A DNA stretch of 64,000 nucleotides, taken from IMG/VR virus record IMGVR_UViG_3300045136_000267. The stretch is one strand, 5' to 3'. Positions 48,443 to 58,965 of the stretch are shown here, piece after piece; positions within the stretch are counted from its first letter, which is position 1; every line of letters starts with the position of its first letter. The notes beneath the pieces were generated by a model, which worked only from the letters and a program-made list of their open reading frames with translations, ran no database searches and had not been told where the DNA came from. Made by a program: the position numbers and the translations under genes. Origin of the DNA: a virus.

Positions 48443-51375
48443 AGACTTATACTAAATCTAGGTCCAAATATTATGGGATTGATTACTTTAAAGACTATTT
48501 AGGAACATCTGTAATTGATTATTTCAAAAAGATAATTCCAGATATTACAGATGAAGAATTATTACTTGTAATAAATAAGTTTTACAAGAAAGCATTATAT
48601 TCAGTAAAACATTTACAAATAAACTATTACGAACAAGATATTCAAGACAATGTATATATTGTTCCTGGACATTTCTATTCTCCAAAACTCTATAATTATA
48701 TTGATTTTTACAATAAAAAGATATTTGTAGAACCTAAGGATTTTGACCAATATGGTCCCATAATGAATCCAGATAATACGATAATGATATTAGGAAAGCA
48801 TATAGGTGAAGAAGATTACAGATACAAAATAAACTTCTGTGGGACTGTTGGTTACAATACTCTGCAAAAGATAGTTAACTGGAAGAATAATAGTACGAAA
48901 TACAAAGACCACGCTATTTACCTAGCGAACTTCATTAGGTGGAAGCTGCTAATTAATTCAGATAAAGCTATTAAACAGTTTACTAAAGACTGCTATCCGC
49001 TAGTAGCTAATGAAATATATATCTTAAAACCAAAATTGATTATCTACTTTCATGCTAACCCTTGTACTTTATTACTTAAGAAACTACTGAACACCGATCT
49101 CAAAGTAGGTACTATTTCTACTTATAAATTCGAGACACCAGACGGTGAAATATGCGAAGGTAATATCTTAACTACTACTTTCTCTAAGATTGCTCAATTA
49201 GATTTATTTCTAGAAGAAATTGAGAAAACTAAAGTAAGCACTAATAGCAACGAAAATAACGAAATTCCTATAGAACTACTTACAATAGATAAACTTAGAC
49301 AGCTTAGAAATGAATTAGTAGGAAAAGACACGACGATAGCTGTAGACTGCGAGTGGAATGGAGAAATAGAACGTTCTGGTGCTTTCTTAAGAAGTATTCA
49401 AATAGCTACTGATGATGGTACTTATGTACTACTCTTAACAGATGAAACTGGACAGCCTTTATTTACAGACATAGAGATAGAAGAAATAAGATCTCTATTG
49501 AAAGATATATTTCTATGTCCAAGTATTACCCTGGCAGGCTCATTCTTCTATACTGACGCTGTTTGGTTAAGGAAATTTGGAATAGATCTATATCCAAAAT
49601 TCTCTAAGTTACCAAAGGAATTTATATATAGTGATGTTGTAAAACTAAAAGATATAAAAGTAGGTGTATTTGACATTGCTATGGCTTCTCTTGCTCTGGA
49701 TGAAGAATTGAGTCTAGATCTATGCGAGATAGCAAAAAGAACTGTAGGAGCAGAGCGCTGGGATAAAGATATAGTAGATTGGGTAAAACAGCATAAGAAG
49801 GAGCAAGACGGTTTAAGCTATGGTAATGCACCTACAGAAATGTTAGTTAGATATGGTGGTTTAGACGTTTACTACACGTTAAAGAGCTATCATGTTCTAA
49901 AAGATTTATTATACAAAGATAAAAAGGAACTTAATTCTTGGGGTGCCTTCATTAGCACTAGCAGGATGTGTTGCGCCATACTAGATATGATGTACTATGG
50001 CGTACGCATCAGCTTAGACTTATGGAATGAATTACGTCTTAACTTTAAGAAAGCTTATAACAGATTAGTAGATGAAGTTAGAGAGAAGATAAAATGGCCA
50101 TCCTTCGATCCACGAAAAATGGATCACCTAAGAATAGTTCTATATGGAAGAGAATTTGATGTAGAAGGTATTCTTCCTCCAGAAGCCCAAGTAGAAAATC
50201 TAAAACCAATCAAGCTAACAGATAAAACGTTAAATAAAAGATTTAAAGGCTGGGATACGCTAGACGAAAAGACTAAGAAACTAGTAGGAGTAAGTGTAGA
50301 TAAAGAGACTTGTGGAATTTTATCTGCCAGTAGTCAGTTAGCTAAAGATATAAGTAATATCAAAATAGTAGATCATGCCATAAAAAATACATTATCTGAA
50401 AAATGGGAACGCTTTATTCAAGATGACGGTAGGGTTAGGTCTTTCGTTTCTCCTACATTAAAGACTGGTAGATGTAGGAGTTCCAGACCTAACATGCAAA
50501 ATTTTAGTAAAAGAAGAGACGAAGAGTTTAAGAATCTATGTAAAATAGACACCACCCTTAGATCAATCATTATTCCAGCGGAAGGGTATTCCCTAGTAGA
50601 ATGCGACTTTGCATCTGCAGAGCTTTTTGTACTAGGAGTAATGTCTGGGGAAGACCTTCTAATAGAACATTGTAGAAGATCTGCTCTTCCAGACAATCAT
50701 CCAGATTACTACGATATTCATTCCAATCTAGCTTGCAAAGCTTTTAAGTTGGATTGTCCACCAACTAAAGAAGCATTAAAGAAGTTAGGTAAAGCTCATC
50801 TAAGAACCATAGCAAAGTCATTAATTTACGGCATAAATTATGGGAGAGGAATTTCCACTATTTGTAAACAAATTAAATCTGAAGAACATATAGAAATCAA
50901 CGAAGATGATGCTATCAAATTAAAAGATATTATTATGGAAAGCTATCCAAAAATTGCTGATCTACAAGAAGTACTAATGAATGTTCCGATACATCCTGGA
51001 TATCAAATCAATTATTTTGGTAGAATTAAACATTTCCGAAAAGCTTATGATGAGGAGACTTTACATAAGTATCAGAGAGAATCTCTAAATTATCCCTTCC
51101 AATCAATGGTTGCAGATTGCTTAAATCTATTCACGTTTTATCTACAGAAAATAGCAGTTAAAGAATTTAAGGAGGATGAATTACAACTTAGAATATTGCT
51201 ACCATTACATGATGCATTATTAATAGAAGTTAAGTCAGAGTATGCTGAATTAGTAGCTAATGAATTAATTCCAGAGATAGCTAAGAAAGTAACTTTCAAG
51301 CAATGGAATATCTATGGGCAAGCGATGTCAGACAAAGAGTATCATCTAGACATGGTGTCTAAGATTCTGAAGTGA
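48439..51375 (+). CDS. Family A DNA polymerase with 3'-5' exonuclease and an N-terminal UDG-like domain
   Basis: ExoI VDCE, ExoIII YGGLD, TGR.RSS.PNMQN, motif A DFASAE, motif B R..AKSLIYGINYG, motif C LHDA. Confidence 0.93.
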   Translation: MKTYTKSRSKYYGIDYFKDYLGTSVIDYFKKIIPDITDEELLLVINKFYKKALYSVKHLQINYYEQDIQDNVYIVPGHFYSPKLYNYIDFYNKKIFVEPKDFDQYGPIMNPDNTIMILGKHIGEEDYRYKINFCGTVGYNTLQKIVNWKNNSTKYKDHAIYLANFIRWKLLINSDKAIKQFTKDCYPLVANEIYILKPKLIIYFHANPCTLLLKKLLNTDLKVGTISTYKFETPDGEICEGNILTTTFSKIAQLDLFLEEIEKTKVSTNSNENNEIPIELLTIDKLRQLRNELVGKDTTIAVDCEWNGEIERSGAFLRSIQIATDDGTYVLLLTDETGQPLFTDIEIEEIRSLLKDIFLCPSITLAGSFFYTDAVWLRKFGIDLYPKFSKLPKEFIYSDVVKLKDIKVGVFDIAMASLALDEELSLDLCEIAKRTVGAERWDKDIVDWVKQHKKEQDGLSYGNAPTEMLVRYGGLDVYYTLKSYHVLKDLLYKDKKELNSWGAFISTSRMCCAILDMMYYGVRISLDLWNELRLNFKKAYNRLVDEVREKIKWPSFDPRKMDHLRIVLYGREFDVEGILPPEAQVENLKPIKLTDKTLNKRFKGWDTLDEKTKKLVGVSVDKETCGILSASSQLAKDISNIKIVDHAIKNTLSEKWERFIQDDGRVRSFVSPTLKTGRCRSSRPNMQNFSKRRDEEFKNLCKIDTTLRSIIIPAEGYSLVECDFASAELFVLGVMSGEDLLIEHCRRSALPDNHPDYYDIHSNLACKAFKLDCPPTKEALKKLGKAHLRTIAKSLIYGINYGRGISTICKQIKSEEHIEINEDDAIKLKDIIMESYPKIADLQEVLMNVPIHPGYQINYFGRIKHFRKAYDEETLHKYQRESLNYPFQSMVADCLNLFTFYLQKIAVKEFKEDELQLRILLPLHDALLIEVKSEYAELVANELIPEIAKKVTFKQWNIYGQAMSDKEYHLDMVSKILK

Positions 51376-52697
51376 CTTTTGCTAGACAGGAGTGTGCTGT
51401 GAGAGAGCTTAAGATTAGTGACAACCCTCTAATGAGGGGTCGTGGTGGTAACTTTGAATCCTTTATTCTAGCTCCAGTAAATGGTACTAGAAGATATCTA
51501 TTTAAACCAACTTGGGATTTTACAGCTTTAGTGTTTAGACCTCTTCCAATAGTAGATGAAAACGATCAGATCACTAGCTTAGAGCTTGACGGAGACATTG
51601 GTAATTGGTTTGGTTCTGGATTTGACGTAGCAGAAGTAGCAGGAGAACGCTTTGCTAACTTTGTAGTAAGGCATAGGTTAGAAGACTTCTCCGTACGAGA
51701 AGACTCTCCAGCCTGGGCACTGCATACATTTTTCAGTAAGTATAGTAAAGTCAAAATGCTGTATGCCCTAGGTAAAACCGAGGAAGCTGAACACAAGAAG
51801 GCTTTACTTGATCCGAAGATCTATAAGAGACTAGAAATAGATACCAGGACTTCTGTTAAAGTAAAGCAAATGACTGCTATTCAGTCATTAGTCCTGGTTC
51901 ATAAGTCTAAATTGTATGAACCAATGTGTGGACTAGAACCACACCTTCCTGCCGTCCCTATAGTTTTATTACCATCATCAGCTAGTCAAGAAGTTGAGTC
52001 TAATATTAAAGAAACAGGAGGTCATATTGTAGATGTAACTGGAGAAGAAGGTGCTTTTATCCGTGTTGTAAGACACGGTACAGATAAAAGCTGGTATCCT
52101 ACCAGCGGTAAACCTGGGCTAACCCAGTATGAAGTAAGGGTATTGAGTAAATACGATCAGCATTTACCAAATCTACCAAAAGATTTTGATATTACGTCTA
52201 AAACTACGAAATGGTCAAAGACATTTATCCTTCTTTCTCCTGAGGAGCAACTCAATATTATTCTTTGGTGCAATATTCCTAGTATCTATCTTTACTGTGC
52301 TCTTGCTGATTCTTTCGATTTACCCAATAGGGTAATTAAAGAAGCAACTAAGGAGCTAGGTATCACCTCTGTTCCCATTGATTCTACTATCCCTGTTTCG
52401 GAAAAAGTGGCTAGAGTAGAGGAACAGAGAACGCCACAAGTAAAGCAAGAAGTCAAGGATGATCTAGATAGCGTTACTTTCACACAAAAGGCTGTAGTAC
52501 AAGAACAGCCAAAGAAAGAATCTGGTAAGTCTCTATTGAATAAGATTTCTAACCAATTATTAGAAGATGACGATGAAGACGAAGTACCGTTTGAAGCAGA
52601 GGATATCAACAGTAAGAAAGATATAGTAGAAGAAGAGGATGAAGATATTGAATCACTAATTAAAGCTATTAGAGCCAAGAGAAATAAAGGACAGTAA
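51372..52697 (+). CDS. Hypothetical protein, possibly ssDNA-binding
   Basis: Between the polymerase and RecA-like genes; FRPLP motif and acidic tail DDDEDEVPF. Confidence 0.4.
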   Translation: MTFARQECAVRELKISDNPLMRGRGGNFESFILAPVNGTRRYLFKPTWDFTALVFRPLPIVDENDQITSLELDGDIGNWFGSGFDVAEVAGERFANFVVRHRLEDFSVREDSPAWALHTFFSKYSKVKMLYALGKTEEAEHKKALLDPKIYKRLEIDTRTSVKVKQMTAIQSLVLVHKSKLYEPMCGLEPHLPAVPIVLLPSSASQEVESNIKETGGHIVDVTGEEGAFIRVVRHGTDKSWYPTSGKPGLTQYEVRVLSKYDQHLPNLPKDFDITSKTTKWSKTFILLSPEEQLNIILWCNIPSIYLYCALADSFDLPNRVIKEATKELGITSVPIDSTIPVSEKVARVEEQRTPQVKQEVKDDLDSVTFTQKAVVQEQPKKESGKSLLNKISNQLLEDDDEDEVPFEAEDINSKKDIVEEEDEDIESLIKAIRAKRNKGQ

Positions 52698-52709
52698 TAA
52701 ACTAATACC

Positions 52710-52730
52710 GCCTGCCAATAAATGGCAGGC
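52710..52730 (+). promoter_or_regulatory. Hairpin just upstream of the tRNA
   Basis: GCCTGCCA-ataaa-TGGCAGGC with no real U tract. Confidence 0.45.
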
Positions 52731-52735
52731 ATTCT

Positions 52736-52821
52736 GGTCAGGTGGTGGAATCGGCAGACACATCGGACTTAAAATCCGATGACCAGAAATGGTCGTACGG
52801 GTTCGAGTCCCGTCCTGACCA
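52736..52821 (+). tRNA. tRNA-Leu(TAA), CCA not encoded
   Basis: Acceptor GGTCAGG/CCTGACC plus discriminator A; anticodon stem TCGGA/TCCGA with loop CTTAAAA; long variable arm; GGTTCGAGTCC T-arm. Confidence 0.95.
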
Positions 52822-52867
52822 CTAATTGTCTGTTTAGCGTTACTTTGTGCTACTTTAGGGTCTCCGT

Positions 52868-54061
52868 ATGAGCAGTCTGTTTAAGTCAGCATTAGAAGAA
52901 ATTAAGGAAGAATTATGTAATGAAGGTGTATTAGAACAGTATGGTAGCAACACACTTTGTATTAAGGTTCCATCATTAGCATTCAGATATTTAATTCAAT
53001 ATGAAGGTTTACCATTAAGCAAATTCATATTAGTTACTGGACCTCATGCTTCATATAAATCTACACTATGTCTAGAAATTGCTAAATGGCATCTAGAAAT
53101 GGGAGGAGAAGCAGTATTATTCGATACTGAAGGTGCTTCTTCTACCCTACATCAAGCTGTACTAGGACAAGCTATCTTTGCTAAAGAATATCAATTTATG
53201 GAAGATTGGATAGATGCTTTAATAAGAAGAGTAGTTCCAAAATTTAAGCAAGCAATAAATGCTGGAGTACATGCTCCTGTCTGTTTTATCATTGATTCTA
53301 TAATTGGTTCTGAGTCTAAGAAAACTAGCAATAAATTAGAAGAAGATGTAAACACACTATCTAGCTATCCTCTAGAGGCTAAATTACTATCTGGTTTTCT
53401 GAAACACAAGAATTCTATCCTACTAAATTATCCTTTTACGTTACTAGCAACAAATCATATTAAAGAATCTATAAATCCATATGGTGGACCTGAGAAATAT
53501 ATCCCAGGCGGTAGAGCATTGACGTATCATGCTCAACTGATTTTAGAAATGCATAAAGAGAAGGCACCAGAACTTAAATCAGATAGTTATGAATCTGCAT
53601 TGAGAATAACGGTTACTAAAAACAGATTTGGTCCTGAAAAGAATTCTATTATTGTTCCGTTTGTCATAAAGCAAGCAGGCATTCATGAAACTATTCTAGT
53701 AGCTAGATTCTTATGGAATACAGCTACTGTGAAAATGCTTCATGAAGGTGCCGGGTTTAATATCAGAATTAAAGATAAATTATTAAATAAAATTAGATCT
53801 GTAATAAATATAGAGAGTAGATCCGCTGGTAGTAAGGGAATAAGATACTTCTGTAAGGAGTTAGGAGTATCTAGAGAAAGTGCTATATCAGCGGAGGAAT
53901 TGGGAAAAATGATCGAGTCTAATCAGCAGCTCCTTGAGGAGTTATACAAGGTGCTGATGATTAGAAAAGCTACGTTCATAGAACCTAAAAACGTAGCTGT
54001 CAAGGAGACCAACAGCAAGGAGGATGTTAAAGTAGAAGCAGATGAAGCAAATGAAGAATAA
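52868..54061 (+). CDS. RecA/UvsX-like recombinase
   Basis: GLP, GPHASYKST, FDTE, IIDSI, TNH, PGGRAL and KNRFG. Confidence 0.85.
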   Translation: MSSLFKSALEEIKEELCNEGVLEQYGSNTLCIKVPSLAFRYLIQYEGLPLSKFILVTGPHASYKSTLCLEIAKWHLEMGGEAVLFDTEGASSTLHQAVLGQAIFAKEYQFMEDWIDALIRRVVPKFKQAINAGVHAPVCFIIDSIIGSESKKTSNKLEEDVNTLSSYPLEAKLLSGFLKHKNSILLNYPFTLLATNHIKESINPYGGPEKYIPGGRALTYHAQLILEMHKEKAPELKSDSYESALRITVTKNRFGPEKNSIIVPFVIKQAGIHETILVARFLWNTATVKMLHEGAGFNIRIKDKLLNKIRSVINIESRSAGSKGIRYFCKELGVSRESAISAEELGKMIESNQQLLEELYKVLMIRKATFIEPKNVAVKETNSKEDVKVEADEANEE

Positions 54062-54144
54062 AAAGGATTGAAAACTAGTTCTGTTTTCACAAGTCCAAGG
54101 AGGAGAAGTTATCGACACGAACTTAAAATCTCGGAGATATAACC

Positions 54145-54573
54145 ATGTTTCGTGAAATAGTTAAATTGTTAGTAGATATTTGCAATCCTGTCTGTCCAGA
54201 AAAAATAATACGAGAAGGACATAATCCACAAATACAGAATACAGATAAAGAAATCAATGTAATAAAAATTACTCCTGGAAATAAAATTCAAGTAACTAAA
54301 AACATCCCTTCAAATAAAATTGAAGTGGTAAAGATTACTCCTGAGAGTAAAGTTACTGTTCAGAGTAAAAATAAGCTCGTACACGATATTAAATTTAAGA
54401 ATAGTCCTAAACCTGCAATTACACACAAACAATGTACTAAACGTGTTCGTAAGGAAATGTCTTCTCGTCCAAAGAAGGAGGATCCGAGAAGGAGTTTCAG
54501 AAATGAGTCTGTTCCAATTACAGGATGTTTTCGGAGGAGAAAACTACGATGGAGAGGTAGACGCATACATTAG
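54145..54573 (+). CDS. Basic hypothetical protein with internal repeats
   Basis: GGAG RBS; repeated (K)I.V.K.(T)P units. Confidence 0.5.
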   Translation: MFREIVKLLVDICNPVCPEKIIREGHNPQIQNTDKEINVIKITPGNKIQVTKNIPSNKIEVVKITPESKVTVQSKNKLVHDIKFKNSPKPAITHKQCTKRVRKEMSSRPKKEDPRRSFRNESVPITGCFRRRKLRWRGRRIH

Positions 54574-54934
54574 GAGGTTATCTAGAAAGAAGCTTAATAA
54601 GACATCCCTACAGCTCGCCGCCTGTAGGGATGTTTTTTCTTTAGATACCAATCTAGTTTTACTGAAAGCTCTAAGAAGTAATAAATATTGGGAGAACGTA
54701 TTAAAGGAAATAGATAAGAAAATTAAGTCACAACTCACACAGAAGCATGCAATAGTAATAACTAGAATTAGAGGGCTAAATAATTTCTGTATGATCTCGG
54801 ATTACATAACTGCTTATAATATGGGCCCTCCATTTATTTTATTGAAGAACTATGTAACTAAAGTATTTGACGAAGATGTAGCTATCGTTACATTAAAGAG
54901 ATTCATCAACTATCTCCTAGCAGATTATTCTTAG
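54503..54934 (+). CDS. Hypothetical protein
   Basis: ATG at 54503 with an AAGGAG RBS. Confidence 0.55.
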   Translation: MSLFQLQDVFGGENYDGEVDAYIRRLSRKKLNKTSLQLAACRDVFSLDTNLVLLKALRSNKYWENVLKEIDKKIKSQLTQKHAIVITRIRGLNNFCMISDYITAYNMGPPFILLKNYVTKVFDEDVAIVTLKRFINYLLADYS

Positions 54935-54946
54935 GAGAAATTACTA

Positions 54947-55735
54947 ATGACATTATTTAAATTAGAACTCTTTGGAAATAAGACATTAATGATCAATACT
55001 ATTACAGTCGATGAAAATACAAATTATGTAGGCATCAGTTCTAATGACTGTCAGGTACATAAAGTCTTAGATCATGTTGATTCAGATTCTGGAATTAGAT
55101 TACTGAAGAATTCCGGATTTCCTGTTTTAGTACCTGTACTGAAACACCTATTTATCAATTCAAAAGATAAATATTTAGATTTAATAGTTTTATTCTTTAA
55201 AGCGATAAAAGAGTCTAAGTTGGATGCCAAAGAAATAGTTCTCTTCTACGAAATTAATAAAGAAAACGATAAACCTGTAAATCTAGGTTTGTATATCGGA
55301 GGGGACGAAGCCTTTGAAGATGAATCTATAGCTTGTATCTGGCCACATTTAGTGACCGTATATACAAGAATAGAACAGAGTCTAGCTAACAATATTCACA
55401 ATAATATTTCTAAATACAAATGTTTCTATCTAGAGGCCGATAAAAAGAACCAAGTAAAAGTTAAAGAAGGAAATATTAAAACCACTGTAGAAAGTGATGG
55501 TTACACAAAAGTATATATGTCAGCTACAACAGAATCTTTGGATAAGAAGAAAATTCCAGAGGAATTAGATAAAACAATGGATACATTTACTATGTTATTA
55601 ATGATTATCAATGAATGCGTTAAACACATAGCTAAGAAAAGACTTCCAGTTAAGCAAATACTTTATCTAGTATCAACGACTGTCATAGAAGACATAGATT
55701 CTTACGCCGCTTGTGTATTAGTGGAACTCCAATAA
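54947..55735 (+). CDS. Hypothetical protein
   Basis: AGGAG RBS and ORF. Confidence 0.6.
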   Translation: MTLFKLELFGNKTLMINTITVDENTNYVGISSNDCQVHKVLDHVDSDSGIRLLKNSGFPVLVPVLKHLFINSKDKYLDLIVLFFKAIKESKLDAKEIVLFYEINKENDKPVNLGLYIGGDEAFEDESIACIWPHLVTVYTRIEQSLANNIHNNISKYKCFYLEADKKNQVKVKEGNIKTTVESDGYTKVYMSATTESLDKKKIPEELDKTMDTFTMLLMIINECVKHIAKKRLPVKQILYLVSTTVIEDIDSYAACVLVELQ

Positions 55736-55749
55736 TAGGAGATATAAAG

Positions 55750-56607
55750 ATGGTAGATTTAATCACCGAAGCTGAACGTATCATTTCTCAATTCAATCAA
55801 GAAGAAAAAGAGATATACGAAAATCTTAGAGAAATGCTTCTGAATGAAGCTAAATTAGAACTGATTGGTAGATATAAAATTGCCAAATATGTTCATGACA
55901 TCTATACAAGAGCCAAAGAGAAATCCAGCCTCTATGGACAATCTCTGATTTCTAGATTAGCCATTGCTATTGGCTACAAAAGCGTGAATCCTTTGTATGA
56001 AATGATTAAAGTAGTAGATACTTGGAAGACGGAAGAAGAATTCAAATTGAATGTAATTGATACCCTAGGGCAAGACGAAGATAAAGTAACCTGGAAAGAA
56101 GTAGTATTCATTTCCAGAAGAGATGAAGCAGAACAGAAAGTAATTATTGATAAGTTACAAAAGGGAAAGGATTTAGAAGAAGTCAAGAAAGAACTTGATT
56201 ACAAACCTACCAAACCTGGTAAATCTGTTAAGAAAGTAGATTCTATTAATGATTTCACAAATCAGATAAATAAAGTTTGCAACGATATACTTAGTAGAAA
56301 GGAGGATTCCTGGGACGACTTCGATTTACTTGGAGAAGTTACAGCCGTCCTAGAATATGAGACGGAATCAGTTATTGAAACCGTATTGAATAAATTAGAT
56401 CAGACATTAGAAAATCTTAAGACCCTGAGAACTGAACTCTATGGTATGATAGTAGAAATGGAGAAAATTAGAGAAAGAATAGAGAAAAGATTAACACAAA
56501 AAGATGATAAGACTGAAGATGATTCAGAAGATAGAGGCATTGGAGATGACGAAGAAGACTACGAAGAAGAAGACGACTACTCAACAGAAGCCGAGCAAGA
56601 TGAATAG
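55750..56607 (+). CDS. Hypothetical coiled-coil protein with an acidic tail
   Basis: AGGAG RBS and ATG at 55750. Confidence 0.6.
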   Translation: MVDLITEAERIISQFNQEEKEIYENLREMLLNEAKLELIGRYKIAKYVHDIYTRAKEKSSLYGQSLISRLAIAIGYKSVNPLYEMIKVVDTWKTEEEFKLNVIDTLGQDEDKVTWKEVVFISRRDEAEQKVIIDKLQKGKDLEEVKKELDYKPTKPGKSVKKVDSINDFTNQINKVCNDILSRKEDSWDDFDLLGEVTAVLEYETESVIETVLNKLDQTLENLKTLRTELYGMIVEMEKIRERIEKRLTQKDDKTEDDSEDRGIGDDEEDYEEEDDYSTEAEQDE

Positions 56608-57292
56608 TATCCTTATTGAAAATAAAGCCTCCATTGGAGAGAAATATCTAGCAGAGAAATATACAGAAATTCTATTACTAATTAGATCTTGTCTAGATGA
56701 CTGTAATAGACGGACGTTGACAGTAGAACTTGCTAATAGCATAGCTAGTAAGCTAGATATTACTATCAAAAGCATTGATGATATTTTTCATGGGCAACAG
56801 AAAAGTGCTGTAAAGCAGCTAGATGAAGATGTATTTAGAGGAATCCTAGAGCCTTATCTAGGAGAAAAGTTGTTACCGTCTCACATCACAGAAATTGCTT
56901 ATTTGATAACTGGTAATCTATTCGATCTCACTGAAGATACGAGATTAGCTAAAAGAGGCGGTGAACAGACTCAGAAAGCTTTCTATGTTATTACAGGCTT
57001 TGATATCAAAGATATGACATTGACTATGAAAGTACTAACAGGTTCCCATGCCGGATCTGTAGTATATAAGAAAGCTAATAAAGTAGAATTCTTGAAAGCT
57101 CTAGCGTATAGACTAGGTTTCAGTATGAGATTCAACGAAAAGAATAAACTTGTGTTTAGATCAGGATATGATCTAGTAGGTAAATTCGGATATGGAGAAT
57201 TTACTGTGCTTGGAGATACTTGCATTGTCAAAAATATGTTCCTGGATGAGAAAGTCAATGTAATTAAATCCTTGAATAGAAGAGATACCTAG
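56600..57292 (+). CDS. Hypothetical protein
   Basis: ATG overlapping the end of the upstream gene. Confidence 0.55.
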   Translation: MNSILIENKASIGEKYLAEKYTEILLLIRSCLDDCNRRTLTVELANSIASKLDITIKSIDDIFHGQQKSAVKQLDEDVFRGILEPYLGEKLLPSHITEIAYLITGNLFDLTEDTRLAKRGGEQTQKAFYVITGFDIKDMTLTMKVLTGSHAGSVVYKKANKVEFLKALAYRLGFSMRFNEKNKLVFRSGYDLVGKFGYGEFTVLGDTCIVKNMFLDEKVNVIKSLNRRDT

Positions 57293-57304
57293 GAGACTGA
57301 AACT

Positions 57305-57856
57305 ATGCTACAGTATAGACCTACGGAAGGAACTGTTCCTGATAGGCTATATTACTCTCCTGCTAGAGATCTAGCTAATTGTGGAGTAGGTATTATTACT
57401 GCCGCTATGACTTTCCTTGAGGAAGATATTGATGCTGGTAAATTTACTTTCAGTGATTTTACAATAGAGGATTTAGAAGCTGCTGTAGAAAAGCTAGGTA
57501 AAGCTGTATCCAACATCTTAGAAAAGACAGATCAAGAAGCTCTCCTTGAGAGCGGCTTTCTGGACTGCGATCCTGCGATAATAAATACTGTACTTAGTTA
57601 TATTGGGAAAGCTCTAATCTATTCCACTTATATTGCTATTAAAGATGTTCATTGTCTAGGGGATAAGCCTCCATTAGCGGTAGAAGAATTCATTAGACAA
57701 ATAAATGAATATCATAAACAAATAGTTACAAGAACAATAATGAGAAAGACTAATAGAGCTTTTAGAAAAGTAAAAGATTTATGTTTGAGAGTAATAAATG
57801 CTGTCAGAGAAAGTCTAGATTCTTTGACAGATATGATACTCAACAAAGGACCTTAA
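57305..57856 (+). CDS. Hypothetical protein
   Basis: AGGAG RBS and ORF. Confidence 0.6.
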   Translation: MLQYRPTEGTVPDRLYYSPARDLANCGVGIITAAMTFLEEDIDAGKFTFSDFTIEDLEAAVEKLGKAVSNILEKTDQEALLESGFLDCDPAIINTVLSYIGKALIYSTYIAIKDVHCLGDKPPLAVEEFIRQINEYHKQIVTRTIMRKTNRAFRKVKDLCLRVINAVRESLDSLTDMILNKGP

Positions 57857-57857
57857 A

Positions 57858-58334
57858 ATGATTCTAGGAATTGATGTAGGTATTAACGGTGGATACGCCT
57901 TAATAAACGGTAATAATGAGCTTATAGAATGTGGTAAGCTGCCATTTAGAGCACAGAAGGTAAAGAAGAATAAGTACAAGAAGGTTCAAGACGTAGAAGG
58001 CACACAGAAACTATTTACTTCATTGAAGAAAGCTTTCAATGTCTCTGTAGCAGTAATAGAGAATGTACACCCAATGGCCGGCCAGGGCGTTAGTAGTACT
58101 GGGAATTTTTTAAAAGCTGCTGGGATCATTGAAGGCCTGCTAAAAGGATTAGACTTTGAAGTAATCAAAGTCAGTCCTAGAACATGGAAGAAAGCATTAG
58201 AAGTAGATAGTGATAAAAAGAAGTCAAAAGCTCTTGCAGAGACTATATTTAGGACAACGTTTGGTACCCATGATATTGCTGAGGCAGCATTGCTAGCTTT
58301 ATACGGGAACATAGTAAAGAAACAAGGAAGATAA
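57858..58334 (+). CDS. RuvC-like Holliday junction resolvase
   Basis: ILGIDVG, VIENV, P.TWKK and DIAEAALLA. Confidence 0.88.
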   Translation: MILGIDVGINGGYALINGNNELIECGKLPFRAQKVKKNKYKKVQDVEGTQKLFTSLKKAFNVSVAVIENVHPMAGQGVSSTGNFLKAAGIIEGLLKGLDFEVIKVSPRTWKKALEVDSDKKKSKALAETIFRTTFGTHDIAEAALLALYGNIVKKQGR

Positions 58335-58336
58335 GA

Positions 58337-58906
58337 ATGCCACTGGCTGTAGCTATATCAACAACTGGACTTGATCCAGAACAAGACGTCCTATTACAAT
58401 TGTGTCTAGTAGCGGAAACTGAAAATATTATTACCAGACAAATATCCATATTTATAAGGCCTGATGTTACTACTACAGATTTAGAAGAAATAGAAGATAA
58501 ATTAGAAGCTAGTAACAATAGAGAAGCAATATTAGAAAGTAGCGGAATAAAAATAGCGAAGCGAGCAAAGCTAACCTTAGAAGAATTGATAGATACCGGA
58601 ATCGGAATTAAAACCGCACATAGGATTTTCTCCGGATTAGTTAGTAGGTTCGGTTTTCCGTTACTGTTAGTAAATGAGTGGGTAAAGGAGTTTTTACAGG
58701 CCAAACAGTTCAACATTCCTTCAGAGGTCGTGTATGTAAACAGTGCCATCGTTGAAAGGTATGGCCAAACGTTTCAAAAAGTTCCACTTCATAGAAAGGT
58801 AGAAATACTATTAGAGGATAAAGATCTATCATATAAAATAGAAACTGGTGACTGTTTAAGTAAGGCACATGCTTTACTTAAACTATTTTCACTAGTTAAT
58901 AAATAA
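58337..58906 (+). CDS. DnaQ/DEDD exonuclease-like protein, probably inactive
   Basis: AVAISTTGLDP..D.LLQL matches DxETTGLDP..D.IIQI but lacks the catalytic D and E. Confidence 0.55.
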   Translation: MPLAVAISTTGLDPEQDVLLQLCLVAETENIITRQISIFIRPDVTTTDLEEIEDKLEASNNREAILESSGIKIAKRAKLTLEELIDTGIGIKTAHRIFSGLVSRFGFPLLLVNEWVKEFLQAKQFNIPSEVVYVNSAIVERYGQTFQKVPLHRKVEILLEDKDLSYKIETGDCLSKAHALLKLFSLVNK

Positions 58907-58929
58907 TCAGAAATGAAAATTGATTTCAT

Positions 58930-58965
58930 ACAATAGCCACCAGAAATGGTGGCTATTGTTATTTA
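58930..58965 (+). terminator. Terminator hairpin
   Basis: 13-bp stem ACAATAGCCACCA-GAAA-TGGTGGCTATTGT followed by TATTTA. Confidence 0.75.

Noticed and set aside
37849-51375. Inteins or introns in terminase, helicase, primase or polymerase
   Set aside because: Motif spacing is normal and no intein splice-junction or LAGLIDADG blocks were seen.
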